A DNA stretch of 64,000 bases from an uncultured Victivallales bacterium (GTDB lineage Bacteria; Verrucomicrobiota; Kiritimatiellia; UBA8416; CAYOBW01), in contig CAZKRK010000003.1 of NCBI GenBank assembly GCA_964555035.1, positions 1,133 through 65,132 on the forward strand, in the 5' to 3' direction. The notes below the pieces were generated by a model. It saw only the letters and a program-made list of their open reading frames with translations, had not been told where the DNA came from and searched no databases. This document shows positions 55,191 to 64,000 of the stretch, piece after piece (position 1 is the stretch's first letter; each line of letters opens with the position of its first letter). The translations under genes were made by a program, and so were the position numbers.

Positions 55191-55225
55191 GCAGGTCGTC
55201 GGTTCGAGTCCGAGCGTTGGCTCCA
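55191..55225 (+). other. tRNA 3'-end-like remnant (T-arm + 3' acceptor strand + CCA), no complete cloverleaf
   Basis: gcaggtcgtcGGTTCGAGTCCgagcgttggctCCA. It has a GTTCGAGTC T-loop with a 4-bp stem (the fifth pair is G-G), then 7 nt, a discriminator and CCA. I could not find a matching 5' acceptor strand, D-arm or anticodon arm upstream. Confidence 0.35.
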
Positions 55226-55319
55226 CTTCCCGGAGGAGGGAAGCTGATGAAGGTAGTGAACGAGGTTGTCTGCCGTTGGTTGGTGCGCTACCATGGGTCG
55301 CAAATCCGGAGAATCAGTG

Positions 55320-56159
55320 ATGACCTATATTGAGCCGCACATCCACATGTATTCGCGCACGACGGACGACTACCAGGCGATGTTCGCCGCCGGGATTCGT
55401 GCCTGTGTGGAGCCTTCTTTCTGGCTGGGCAGCCACCGTCGCTATGCCGGTACCTTTTTCGACTACTTCCAGCTTGTCTGCGACTTTGAGGCGAAGCGCG
55501 CCGAGCGTTTCGGGGTCGATCACTTCGCCGCCGTGGCGTACAACCCGAAGGAGGCGGAGAATACGCCCCTGGTCGACGAGGTGTTGGCCGGAATAGGGGA
55601 ATACCTGGATCATCCCCGCTGTGTGGCCCTCGGCGAAATCGGTTTCAACAACATCAACGATGCAGAGGCGTACGCCTTTCGCCGTCAGCTTGAGATTGCG
55701 CGCGACCGGGATATGCTGGTCATTGTCCACATTTCCCATACCGACAAGGTGCGGTGCATCGAGCGCATGCTGCCGATCGTCGAGGAGGTGGGGCACGATC
55801 AGCGCAAGATCTACCTGGACCACAATACGGAGGACACGATTGGCGTTGCTCTCGCAAACTCCGACTGCTGGTGCGGTCTGACGGTCTATCCCATCTCGAA
55901 ACTCGACGCATCCAGGGTCAGTGCCATCGTCGCGGAACACGGGCACGAGCGCATCATTGTCAGCGGGTCGGCCGACTGGGGCATTTCCGACCCCTTGAGT
56001 CTGCCCAAAGTGATTGCGACGATGCGCGCGGACGGCCACGGCGAGGATGTGCTTGCCGCGCTTGCGTTCGGCCACGCGAACGCGTTCTACAGCCAATGCC
56101 CGAAGTGGCAGCCGCGGCTTGATCTGGAGCCATGGCCCATCGAGTTGCGCCAGCCGTGA
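55320..56159 (+). CDS. eboB: TatD-family metal-dependent hydrolase, EboB-like
   Basis: ATG 55320 (GGAGAA 7 nt upstream). MTYIEPHIHMYSRT (HxH). First gene of a TatD-UbiA-NPP-DHQS-TIM run matching the ebo cluster gene set. Confidence 0.75.
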   Translation: MTYIEPHIHMYSRTTDDYQAMFAAGIRACVEPSFWLGSHRRYAGTFFDYFQLVCDFEAKRAERFGVDHFAAVAYNPKEAENTPLVDEVLAGIGEYLDHPRCVALGEIGFNNINDAEAYAFRRQLEIARDRDMLVIVHISHTDKVRCIERMLPIVEEVGHDQRKIYLDHNTEDTIGVALANSDCWCGLTVYPISKLDASRVSAIVAEHGHERIIVSGSADWGISDPLSLPKVIATMRADGHGEDVLAALAFGHANAFYSQCPKWQPRLDLEPWPIELRQP

Positions 56160-57109
56160 CGGCGTCGGCGGATATGCCAACGGGGGGCGGCGGGGCGCCC
56201 GGCGCAAAGCGGAAACCGACCCCCGGCTGGTTGCAGCTTGTGCGCGCCCCGAATCTGCTGACGGTACCGGGCGATCCGATGGCCGGCGCCTGCATCGCGG
56301 GGGCGTTTGGCGCCGAGGGCTCTGTCCTGCAGCTCGCGGCCGCTGCCGTTTCATCGGTGGCTGTCTATGCCGCGGGATTGGTGGACAACGACCTGGTCGA
56401 CCTCGACGAAGACCGTGCTGCCCGTCCGGAGCGTCCGTTGCCGTCGGGCGCCGTGACGGAGAAGCAGGCGCGCAGGGGGCGGATCCTGCTCTTTGCCGTT
56501 CCTTTCCTTGTGGCGTGTGTTTTTCGTATGCCGCTTGCCTGGTTGACGGTTCAAGCTCTGCTGGTTGCGGCCTGTCTCTCCTACAATCGGCTCAAAGGGC
56601 GGTCGATTCTTGTGGGAGCCTTCCTTATGGGCGGATGCCGCGGGCTGAACATGCTCAGCGGTGTTGCGCTTGCGTGGGGGGTGCGGGGGGTGGCGTTGTG
56701 GCCGGCAACAGCGGTGGCGCCGTGGTGGGGGTACGTGATGGGGATCAGCCTCTTTGCGGCGCGGGAAACCGTGCGAGTGCCCGGGGGGTGGCGCTATCTG
56801 CTCGCAGTGGCCCCGCTCGCGCTGTTGGGGGCTTCCCTGTTGCCGGGCATTCCTGACCGGACGGGGTTGAGCATGTGCGGCGCCGGGATCTGCGGCGTGG
56901 CGCTGGTCGTTGACGTGATGGTTCGTCTGCGGGGCTGCAATTCGCTTGCCAAGGTCCCGCCCTCCGTGGGACGCTTGGTGCGCGCGCTCGTGCCGATGCA
57001 GCTGCTGCTTTGCCTGTCGATGCCGTTCTACGGAGATGCCTGCGGCATCCTGCTGTTGACGGGGTGGTTGCTTTCGGAATCACTGAGCAGGAGATTCTAC
57101 GCTTCATGA
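56132..57109 (+). CDS. eboC: UbiA-family prenyltransferase, EboC-like
   Basis: GLVDNDLVDLDEDRAARPERPLPSG contains the NDxxDxxxD Mg/diphosphate motif. Multiple TM segments. The start is either ATG 56132 (28-nt overlap with eboB) or ATG 56174. The stop overlaps the next ATG (ATGA). Confidence 0.8.
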   Translation: MAHRVAPAVTASADMPTGGGGAPGAKRKPTPGWLQLVRAPNLLTVPGDPMAGACIAGAFGAEGSVLQLAAAAVSSVAVYAAGLVDNDLVDLDEDRAARPERPLPSGAVTEKQARRGRILLFAVPFLVACVFRMPLAWLTVQALLVAACLSYNRLKGRSILVGAFLMGGCRGLNMLSGVALAWGVRGVALWPATAVAPWWGYVMGISLFAARETVRVPGGWRYLLAVAPLALLGASLLPGIPDRTGLSMCGAGICGVALVVDVMVRLRGCNSLAKVPPSVGRLVRALVPMQLLLCLSMPFYGDACGILLLTGWLLSESLSRRFYAS

Positions 57110-58425
57110 ACAAGTTGCTGGTGATCGGTGTGGCCGGGCTGGATTCGCGTACGGCACAGAAGCTCTCGCTTCCCGGCGGGGCCGGGTTCGCTCCTCTGCA
57201 GCCGGCGTTTCCAGCCGTCACCTGCACCGCGCAGGCGACCTTTCGCACGGCAGCGGCGCCGGCTCAACACGGGATGATTGCCAACGGTTTCTACGACCGC
57301 GCGCTGCGCAAGGTCATGTTCTGGGAGCAGTCGGCGGCGCTGGTCGAGGGCGAGCGCATCTGGGCCGCGTACCGTGCGGCGGGCCACACTGTCGGTGTGC
57401 TTTTCTGGCAGCAATCGCTTGGCGAGACGGTCGACTACGTGCTTTCGCCGGCGCCGATTCACAAGCACCATGGCGGGATGATCCTGGACTGCTACAGCCG
57501 GCCGCGCGAGATGTATGCCCGTTTGCGGGCCTCCCTGGGCGAATTCCCGCTGCGCCGTTACTGGGGGCCTTGTGCGTCGGCCGGGGTGGGGGACTGGATT
57601 GCGAGTGCCACGGCCGATGTCATGGCGCGGGAGGCGCCCGATCTGCTGTTGACCTATCTGCCGTCACTTGACTACGACTACCAGCGCTTCGGTCCCGAAT
57701 CGCCACAGGCAGCCCGGGCCGCGGAGTCGCTTGCCGGGCAACTTGAGACGCTGTTGTCGGCGTGTGAAGCGCAGGGGTACGACTGGCTAGTGTGGGGCGA
57801 CTACGGCATTGAACAGACGGTTGGCGGGGGTGTGCTCTTTCCCAACCGCGTGCTGCGCGAGGCCGGCGTGCTGACCTGCCGTGATGTCCGGGGGCGGGCG
57901 TATGCCGATTTCCACAGCTCGCGTGCCTTTGCCATGGTGGACCACGCGGTTGCCCATGTCTATGTGGCCGCGGACGGAGATGTCGCGGACGTGGCGGAGC
58001 TATTCGGGGCATGTCCCGGGGTTGAGCGCGTGTTGGCCGGCGATCGGCTCGACGCCGCACAGCTGCGGCATGGCCGTTGCGGGGATGTGGTGCTGATCGC
58101 CCGTCCGGGGCACTGGTTCGCCTACCCCTGGTGGGAGGGGCGGCGCCGGGCGCCCGATTTCGCGTCGCACGTGGATATCCACAACAAGCCGGGGTTCGAT
58201 CCCTGCGAGCTCTTCATGCAATGGTTGCCGCCCGGCGTGGGGCAGGATCCGACCCGGATCGGTGGGACCCACGGGCGTGCGGCCGGGACGGCGGCATGGG
58301 CCGGCTCGATTTCTCTGGACGGCGCCCCCTCCTCCCTGATTGAACTTTCGGCGGCTGTCCAGCGTTGGTTATGTAAGGAGTCAGAGTCCGCCGGTGACAG
58401 GACCGGTGTGGGTGACGTTCTATGA
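57106..58425 (+). CDS. eboF: Nucleotide pyrophosphatase/phosphodiesterase (alkaline-phosphatase superfamily), EboF-like
   Basis: ATG 57106. MNKLLVIGVAGLD...PAVTCTAQATFRTAAAPAQHGMIANGFYD is the NPP-type Thr-nucleophile region. ATGA overlaps at both ends. Confidence 0.75.
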   Translation: MNKLLVIGVAGLDSRTAQKLSLPGGAGFAPLQPAFPAVTCTAQATFRTAAAPAQHGMIANGFYDRALRKVMFWEQSAALVEGERIWAAYRAAGHTVGVLFWQQSLGETVDYVLSPAPIHKHHGGMILDCYSRPREMYARLRASLGEFPLRRYWGPCASAGVGDWIASATADVMAREAPDLLLTYLPSLDYDYQRFGPESPQAARAAESLAGQLETLLSACEAQGYDWLVWGDYGIEQTVGGGVLFPNRVLREAGVLTCRDVRGRAYADFHSSRAFAMVDHAVAHVYVAADGDVADVAELFGACPGVERVLAGDRLDAAQLRHGRCGDVVLIARPGHWFAYPWWEGRRRAPDFASHVDIHNKPGFDPCELFMQWLPPGVGQDPTRIGGTHGRAAGTAAWAGSISLDGAPSSLIELSAAVQRWLCKESESAGDRTGVGDVL

Positions 58426-59609
58426 CGTACGAGAGCATCAATCCGAGCTTTGCCGTGCCGTTCGAGTATCCGGTCGAATTCCTGCGCGATGCGTTTGCGC
58501 CGTCGAACGACCTGCTGGCGCGTACATTCGATCGCCACCAGGAGGGGCGGCGACACCGTGTTGTGGTTGTGCTCGACGCGGGGTTGAGCGACGCGCGCCC
58601 TGGTTTGGCCGCCGCGGTTGAGACCTATTTCCACGCCCATGCCGGTCAGATCGAGATGGCGGGGCCGATTGAGAGTTTTCCCGGGGGAGCTGCCGCCAAG
58701 GAAGGATACGCCAACCTCGAGCGCGTCATCTGGAACCTGGGCAACCTGCACATGGACCGTCAGAGCTTCGTGCTGGCAATTGGTGGCGGCAGTATGCTGG
58801 ACGCCGTCGGACTCGCGGTCTCGCTGGTGCACCGGGGCTTGCGGCTGATACGCATGCCATCAACCGTGCTGTCGCAGTGCGATGCGGGCATCGGCGTCAA
58901 GAACGGGGTGGACGAACACGGGCAGAAGAACTTCCTCGGCACGTTTGCGCCGCCGTTTGCGGTGATTAATGACTTTGCTCTGCTCTCTACCCTCGACGAT
59001 GCCCATTGGCGGGGGGGGATCGCCGAAGCCTTCAAGGTTTCCCTGATCCGGGATGCCGGTTTTTTTGCTCTCCTGCGTGAACACGCACCGGCGTTGCGCG
59101 GACGCGACGAGGAGCGTATGGCGGAGTTGGTGTACCGCTGCGCGTCCATCCACCTCAGGCACATTGCCACCAGCGGGGACCCTTTCGAGATGGGGTCGGC
59201 GCGTCCGCTCGATTTCGGTCACTGGGCGGCGCATCGCCTCGAGATCATGTCCCGTCATCGCCTCGGGCACGGGCAGGCCGTGGCCATCGGCATCGCGCTG
59301 GACTGCTGCTATGCGCGGCGGCGCGGGCTGTTGAGCGCGCAGGAGCGCGATGCCGTGCTGGATGCGCTCGAATCGGCCGGTCTTCCCACCTATGCGCATG
59401 AGCTGAGCGTACAGCGCCACGATGGCGAGCTGGAGTTGCTGCAGGGTCTGGCCGACTTCCGTGAGCACCTTGGCGGGCGGTTGACGATCACCTTGCCCGA
59501 AGGCATCGGGCAGGGGATTGAGGTGCATCACATGAACGAGGACTGGATCGTCGATTCCGTCCAAGCCCTGGCCGAGCGTGCGGCCGGCGGCGAATCGGGG
59601 AGCAACTGA
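58422..59609 (+). CDS. eboD: 3-dehydroquinate-synthase-like sugar phosphate cyclase, EboD-like
   Basis: VLAIGGGSMLDAVGLAV (GGGxxxD nucleotide loop), KNFLGTFAPPFAVINDFALLSTL and metal-ligand-type His blocks (HWAAH, RLGHGQAVAIG). Confidence 0.8.
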   Translation: MTYESINPSFAVPFEYPVEFLRDAFAPSNDLLARTFDRHQEGRRHRVVVVLDAGLSDARPGLAAAVETYFHAHAGQIEMAGPIESFPGGAAAKEGYANLERVIWNLGNLHMDRQSFVLAIGGGSMLDAVGLAVSLVHRGLRLIRMPSTVLSQCDAGIGVKNGVDEHGQKNFLGTFAPPFAVINDFALLSTLDDAHWRGGIAEAFKVSLIRDAGFFALLREHAPALRGRDEERMAELVYRCASIHLRHIATSGDPFEMGSARPLDFGHWAAHRLEIMSRHRLGHGQAVAIGIALDCCYARRRGLLSAQERDAVLDALESAGLPTYAHELSVQRHDGELELLQGLADFREHLGGRLTITLPEGIGQGIEVHHMNEDWIVDSVQALAERAAGGESGSN

Positions 59610-59611
59610 GT

Positions 59612-60823
59612 ATGCGCACGGGCAGTCAGGCGTTGTTCCCGAGTCGGCATTTGACCTACTGCATGAACGTTCATCCCGGTGAAAGCTGGGCCGACCAGGT
59701 GCGCGCGACGCGCGATGATGCGGTGCGCGTTCGCGAGCGCGTCGGCGAGGATGCGCCGTTCGGGCTGGGGCTGCGCATCGGCGCCGCTGCCGCGGCGGAA
59801 CTCTCGGCTAATCCTGCCTTTGTTGCCGAGTATCGGGCATTGCTGGCCGACCAGTCGATGTATGCCTTTACCGTAAATGCCTTTCCCTTCGGCACGTTCC
59901 ACGGTGTGCGTGTGAAGGAGGCGGTGTACGAGCCGGATTGGCGTGAACCCGAGCGTGCGGACTACACGTTGCAGGTCGCACGGATTCTTGCGGAGCTGCT
60001 TCCCGCGGGGGTGGTCGGCAGCATCTCTACCGCGCCCCTGACCTTCAAAGGGTGGCCCGGATGGGAGTCACGGTGCGATGGGGGAGTGCGAGGACTTGCC
60101 CGGGTCGCTCACGCACTGTGGCAGCTCGAAAGCGAATGCGGTCGGCGCATTGTGTTGGCCATGGAGCCGGAGCCGGGCTGCTATCCGGAGACGACACCGG
60201 AGCTGATTGACACGATGGTACGGCTCCGCACGGTGGGAGAACGTCATCTGCACGAGCGCTACGGCGTGCCGGCCGATGTCGCGGCGGAAGTGTTGCGCAC
60301 TTACGTGGGCTGTTGCTTTGACACGGCGCACCAGGCCGTGGAGTTTGAGTCGCTTCAGGCGAGTGTCCGTGACCTGCGGCAGGCCGGGGTGGCGATCGCC
60401 AAGGTGCAGGTCAGCGCGGCAATCGAAGCTGACCCTGCGGATGCGGAGGCGATCCGGGAACTGGCCGCGATGCAGGACGATGTCTATCTCCACCAAGTTG
60501 GGCTCCAGTACCCGGACGGATCGCTCCGCCGCTGGTACGATCTGCCCGCGTTCCTCGCGGAACTGCCGGAGCTCGAAGCCGGCATTGCGCGCATCCACTA
60601 CCATGTGCCGCTTTTCGTGCGCACGTTCGGGGCGTTGCGCAGCACAGCTCACCTGGTGCAGGAGGCGGCGGCCACGCTGCTCGATGCCAGTTGCCACATC
60701 GAGACGGAAACCTACACCTGGACGGTGTGGAAGCAGGCCACGGGGGAACAACTGCCGATTCATGCCGGCATCGCCCGTGAACTGGAGTGGCTGCACGCGC
60801 TGCGGGCCGAACCGGTGGATTGA
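59612..60823 (+). CDS. eboE: Xylose-isomerase-like TIM-barrel protein, EboE-like
   Basis: LTYCMNVHPGESW N-terminal block, AMEPEPGC, CFDTAHQAVEFE and IHYHVPLF resemble the EboE/AP-endonuclease-2 TIM-barrel family. Starts 2 nt after the eboD stop. Confidence 0.7.
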   Translation: MRTGSQALFPSRHLTYCMNVHPGESWADQVRATRDDAVRVRERVGEDAPFGLGLRIGAAAAAELSANPAFVAEYRALLADQSMYAFTVNAFPFGTFHGVRVKEAVYEPDWREPERADYTLQVARILAELLPAGVVGSISTAPLTFKGWPGWESRCDGGVRGLARVAHALWQLESECGRRIVLAMEPEPGCYPETTPELIDTMVRLRTVGERHLHERYGVPADVAAEVLRTYVGCCFDTAHQAVEFESLQASVRDLRQAGVAIAKVQVSAAIEADPADAEAIRELAAMQDDVYLHQVGLQYPDGSLRRWYDLPAFLAELPELEAGIARIHYHVPLFVRTFGALRSTAHLVQEAAATLLDASCHIETETYTWTVWKQATGEQLPIHAGIARELEWLHALRAEPVD

Positions 60824-60843
60824 CCGCGGTGCGCCTCGCTCAA

Positions 60844-61012
60844 ACTAGTGTGCTGTCACGCAAATACGTTCACGGAATTCCCGGACCGGCTCGCGAGGAC
60901 GCTCGCCCTCCATCCCGTTGTACTAACGTTGGTTATGACAATGGAGGGCGAGCGTCCTCGCGAGCCGAAAGTTGGTTTTCGATGAAACGTATTTATGGTA
61001 CACGACACTAGT
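60844..61012. repeat. Nested palindrome: outer ~27-bp arms enclosing a family-1 arm pair in head-to-head arrangement
   Basis: Inner: cggctcgcgaggacgctcgccctcc (60887-60911) / ggagggcgagcgtcctcgcgagccg (60943-60967). Outer: actagtgtgctgtcacgcaaatacgtt (60844-60870) versus aacgtatttatggtacacgacactagt (about 60986-61012), imperfect. Confidence 0.7.
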
Positions 61013-61076
61013 GCCAGTCAGCAGAAAAGTCTTCGGCGACTACGAGTAACGACTGCGAGAGAGGAATGGAGGACCC

Positions 61077-62702
61077 ATGAACGACACGAGTACTTCGACC
61101 ACCACGGAGACGATTCAGAGCGGATTGGGCGTTATCGGCATCGAGATGGGGTCGACCCGAATCAAGGCCGTTCTGATCGACACGGACAACACACCCGTCG
61201 CATCCGGCGGACACGGCTGGGAGAACACGCTGGAAGAGGGCATCTGGACCTATCCGTTGGACGAAGTGTGGACGGGGCTCCGCTCCAGTTTCGCCGATCT
61301 TCAGAAGAACGTGGCAGCGGAGTACGGCGTTGCTCTCAAGAGGGTGAAAGCGATCGGCTTGAGCGGAATGATGCACGGGTACATGGTCTTCGACGCCGAA
61401 GGCAATCAGCTCGTGCCCTTCCGAACCTGGCGGAACAACATCACCGGCCAGGCCTCTGAGGAACTCACCGGGTTGTTCGATTATCCGATCCCCCAGCGCT
61501 GGAGCATTGCCCACCTCTACCAGGCGATTCTGAACAAGGAAGAGCATGTGGTCCGCATCGCCCACATGACGACCCTGGCCGGTTACGTCCACTGGAAACT
61601 GACGGGACGGCAGGTGATGGGCATCGGGGAGGCATCCGGGATGTTTCCCATCGATATCGGGAAACAGGATTTCAACACCGCGCTGGCCAACGCGTTTGAT
61701 GCGCATGTCGGGGACGAGGGGGGTGCCTGGAAACTGACGGACATTCTCCCGCGGGTTCTGGGCGCCGGCGAGTCGGCCGGTGAACTGACGGAAGAAGGCG
61801 CGCGCCTGTTGGATCCCGCCGGCAACCTGGAGGCGGGTGTTCCGCTCTGCCCACCCGAAGGCGATGCCGGAACCGGCATGGTTGCCACCAACAGCGTCGA
61901 GGTGCGTACGGGCAATGTGTCGGCAGGCACGTCGGTCTTCGCGATGCTGGTGCTGGAGAAGGAGCTTTCGAAGGCTCATCACGAGATCGACCTGGTCACC
62001 ACGCCGGACGGCAAACTGGTGGGGATGGCGCATTCCAACAACTGTACCTCGGACTACAATGCCTGGATTGGCCTGTTCGGCGAGGCCGCGGGAGTGTTGG
62101 GTATGGAGGTGTCCGATCAGGACCTCTACGTCAAGCTTCTGAGTTTGGCCCTGGAGGGTGAGGCGGATTGTGGGGGTCTTCTGTCCTACGGATATGTCTC
62201 CGGCGAACACCTGACCGGCTTCAGCGAAGGCCGCCCGCTTTTTGCCCGTTCACCGAACTGCCGTTTCACCCTGGCCAATTTTATCCGTACCCTCCTGTTT
62301 ACGTCGCTCTGCGCCCTGCGGACCGGATTGAATATCCTGACGGAAGAAGAGGGGGTCGAGGTGGACGAGATCCACGGCCATGGCGGCTTCTTCAAAACGC
62401 CCGGAGTGGGACAGCGCATCATGGCCGCGGCCACGAAGACCCCGGTCTCTGTTCTGGAAACCGCCGGCGAAGGCGGCGCCTGGGGGATCGCACTGCTGGC
62501 GTCCTTCATGACCCGGGAGAACCGCGACGAGTCCCTGCCGGAATTCCTGAAGAAGATCTTTGCCGCAAGCATGGGCGAGGCGGTTCGGCCCGATCCCGTG
62601 GACGTAGCCGGCTTCGAACGCTTCCTCGAACGCTATCACGGGGGTCTTGCGATCGAACGAGCCGCTGTTGAGTGTTTGCCGGCGATCCTCGCCGGGCTGT
62701 GA
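61077..62702 (+). CDS. FGGY-family carbohydrate kinase (541 aa)
   Basis: [18 protein letters not shown]-terminal ATPase motif, [10 protein letters not shown], and C-terminal [29 protein letters not shown]-type signature. Confidence 0.8.
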   Translation: MNDTSTSTTTETIQSGLGVIGIEMGSTRIKAVLIDTDNTPVASGGHGWENTLEEGIWTYPLDEVWTGLRSSFADLQKNVAAEYGVALKRVKAIGLSGMMHGYMVFDAEGNQLVPFRTWRNNITGQASEELTGLFDYPIPQRWSIAHLYQAILNKEEHVVRIAHMTTLAGYVHWKLTGRQVMGIGEASGMFPIDIGKQDFNTALANAFDAHVGDEGGAWKLTDILPRVLGAGESAGELTEEGARLLDPAGNLEAGVPLCPPEGDAGTGMVATNSVEVRTGNVSAGTSVFAMLVLEKELSKAHHEIDLVTTPDGKLVGMAHSNNCTSDYNAWIGLFGEAAGVLGMEVSDQDLYVKLLSLALEGEADCGGLLSYGYVSGEHLTGFSEGRPLFARSPNCRFTLANFIRTLLFTSLCALRTGLNILTEEEGVEVDEIHGHGGFFKTPGVGQRIMAAATKTPVSVLETAGEGGAWGIALLASFMTRENRDESLPEFLKKIFAASMGEAVRPDPVDVAGFERFLERYHGGLAIERAAVECLPAILAGL

Positions 62703-62907
62703 TGTTGTTCGCCTCGGCCTGCGCCGTGGTGTGTTCCTCCCCAATCTTGCCTTCTCACCCCGATTCTGTCACTCTGCACGCGACGATACGGGACGATAGC
62801 ATTGCTTCAAGCCGGTCGCCGACACCTGCCGCGGTCCGGCGTCTTGACGATTCGGTTCGCAATGGCGGCTCGCCCCGCTGTTGCCGCGGTAAAAAGGCGG
62901 GAGGAAA

Positions 62908-64000
62908 ATGCGGGTTGACGGGCGAGGACTCAGACTCATCATGGAGCGGCTCTCAGGTCTGCTGGGGCTGCTGACAGGCGGACTCGTCATTTTGGGTGTT
63001 CTGTCGGTCTTCGCGTGGTTCGTCCGCCCCGCCGCCGAATCGCCGTCGACGGTCTACACGGATGACGAGATCGCCCGCGCGCAGGCCGACCGCAATGTGA
63101 CGTTCGACCCCGACGACCCCATCGTGGTCCACGTCGATGTGCCCGAAAGTGACCACGCCAAGGTCAGGGCCGCCTGGCCCGAGGGACAGAAGCCCCCCGC
63201 GCCGGACACGATCGGCGAGCTCGTCGCCGCCGGCGCCCTGCCCAAGTGGTTCCCCCGCGGTGAGCCGCCCGTCCTGGCCGAGATGGTGGCCCGGGGCGAT
63301 CTGCCCCCCGTCGCCGAGCGCGTGGGACCCGAACCCGTCGTTCTCAGAGGCGTCGACGGCGTAGGCAAGTACGGCGGAACGCTGCTCCGCGCGGAGACAT
63401 CCATCCCGGCCGTCGGCCGATTCGTGTGGCAGACGCTGGATTGCGGGCTGTTTCTCTGGTCGCCGCGGGGCTATCCGCTGCGACCTCACCTGGCCAAAAG
63501 CCTCGAGTCCCGCAACGGCGGACGGGAGTTCATCCTCACCCTGCGCAAGGGACTGCGCTACTCCGACGGACACGAGGTGGATACCGACGACATCATGTTC
63601 TGGTGGGAGTACGAGAATCTCAACGGTGTGTTTCGCAGCAGTCCCCCGGCATGGATGGTGCCCGGGGGCAAGCCCGGGACGATCGCCAAGCTCGATCGAT
63701 ACCGCGTCAAATTCACGTTCCAGGAACCCTATGGCCTCTTCCCCGAGATCCTGACCTGCGAGGGCGACCTCCTGCACTCGCCTGAGCACTATCTCAGGCC
63801 GCTTCACCCCGGCTTTCGCATTGAGCGACACCGAAAGGACCCGAACAACGACAAGGAGCTCGTGGGCGACCGGGAGGTAATCGACGCAGCGATCAAGCGG
63901 CTGAGTGTCCCGGGCCCGCGAGAGATGTATGGACTGCTCCGCGGCCTGGGCAATCCCGAGCTGCCCAACCTGCGTCCCTGGATGTTCAGGCGCCACCAAA
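62908..64000 (+). CDS. ABC transporter substrate-binding protein, family 5 (peptide/oligosaccharide type), 5' partial, runs off the window
   Basis: Open frame from ATG 62908 (GGGAGGA just upstream; alternative ATG 62941) to the window end. N-terminal anchor LSGLLGLLTGGLVILGVLSVFAWFV. GVDGVGKYGGTLL...PHLAKSLESRNGGREFILTLRKGLRYSDGHEVDTDDIMFWWE is the SBP_bac_5 pattern. Not in the ORF track because it has no stop. The listed 62953..63999 (-) ORF is its antisense shadow. Confidence 0.75.
   Translation, partial: MRVDGRGLRLIMERLSGLLGLLTGGLVILGVLSVFAWFVRPAAESPSTVYTDDEIARAQADRNVTFDPDDPIVVHVDVPESDHAKVRAAWPEGQKPPAPDTIGELVAAGALPKWFPRGEPPVLAEMVARGDLPPVAERVGPEPVVLRGVDGVGKYGGTLLRAETSIPAVGRFVWQTLDCGLFLWSPRGYPLRPHLAKSLESRNGGREFILTLRKGLRYSDGHEVDTDDIMFWWEYENLNGVFRSSPPAWMVPGGKPGTIAKLDRYRVKFTFQEPYGLFPEILTCEGDLLHSPEHYLRPLHPGFRIERHRKDPNNDKELVGDREVIDAAIKRLSVPGPREMYGLLRGLGNPELPNLRPWMFRRHQ

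Noticed and set aside
55026-55225. Possible complete tRNA or tmRNA gene upstream of the ebo cluster
   Set aside because: Only a T-arm, 3' acceptor strand and CCA are recognisable. There is no complementary 5' acceptor strand, D-arm or anticodon arm at tRNA distance. There is no tmRNA-like tag ORF ending in hydrophobic residues. The ggagcca/tggctcc complementarity leaves 3 unpaired nt next to the T-stem. Kept only as a remnant.
62953-63999. Listed 348-aa minus-strand ORF at the right edge
   Set aside because: It is the antisense shadow of a plus-strand family-5 substrate-binding protein (GKYGGTLL..., LRKGLRYSDGHEVDTDDIMFWWE). That gene has no stop inside the window, so it is missing from the ORF track. 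The minus-frame product is Arg/Gly/Pro-rich junk.

Overview
GC-rich 64-kb window (judged by eye; nothing was computed). The gene content looks like a glycan-degrading bacterium of the PVC group (Planctomycetota/Verrucomicrobiota/Kiritimatiellota-like); that placement is inference only. I call about 45 protein-coding genes or gene remnants.

Gene layout, left to right:
- 0.4-4.3 kb (-): Tat-exported TIM-barrel isomerase-like protein, Gfo/Idh/MocA oxidoreductase, Cys-type sulfatase.
- 4.8-6.0 kb (+): XylR/AraC hybrid regulator.
- 6.4-12.4 kb (-): SSS transporter, SIS, YjbQ, TIM-like protein, FGGY kinase.
- 12.8-18.6 kb (-): HEAT protein, Gfo/Idh/MocA, ThuA, GH43-like.
- 18.9-20.6 kb: decayed TA/ATPase islet (tacA, truncated tacT, broken AAA-DUF234).
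- 20.7-26.4 kb (-): three proteins of unrecognised family, two with signal peptides, one apparently cytoplasmic.
- 27.1-32.2 kb (+): 1190-aa beta-propeller/2xCxxCH/FGE-domain fusion, and a DUF1080-ThuA fusion.
- 32.3-33.0 kb: DUF104-PIN TA pair.
- 33.1-42.2 kb (-): paralogous LamG/cadherin-like/LTD/CotH giant surface-protein genes. One is broken by a frameshift at a repeat boundary.
- 42.4-42.85 kb: hicBA.
- 42.8-47.7 kb (-): AraA-like isomerase, amidohydrolase, Gfo/Idh/MocA, second YjbQ.
- 48.0-55.0 kb (+): GH95-like, truncated SSS, GH38.
- 55.3-60.8 kb (+): tightly coupled eboB-C-F-D-E cluster (the orphan ebo pathway) without eboA.
- 61.1-64.0 kb (+): FGGY kinase and a partial family-5 ABC substrate-binding protein running off the window.

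The non-coding DNA is unusually structured:
- A 30-bp TTGCGCAC-N14-TTGCGCAC box occurs 8 times, always ahead of minus-strand gene runs.
- There are several families of nested palindromic/MITE-like repeats.
- There are 13-bp-period AGATTARG arrays.
- A long hairpin plus a tRNA 3'-end-like remnant sits just upstream of the ebo cluster.

All family assignments come from motif recognition by eye. No HMM or BLAST search was possible. Many listed long ORFs are antisense shadows of real genes in GC-rich DNA.
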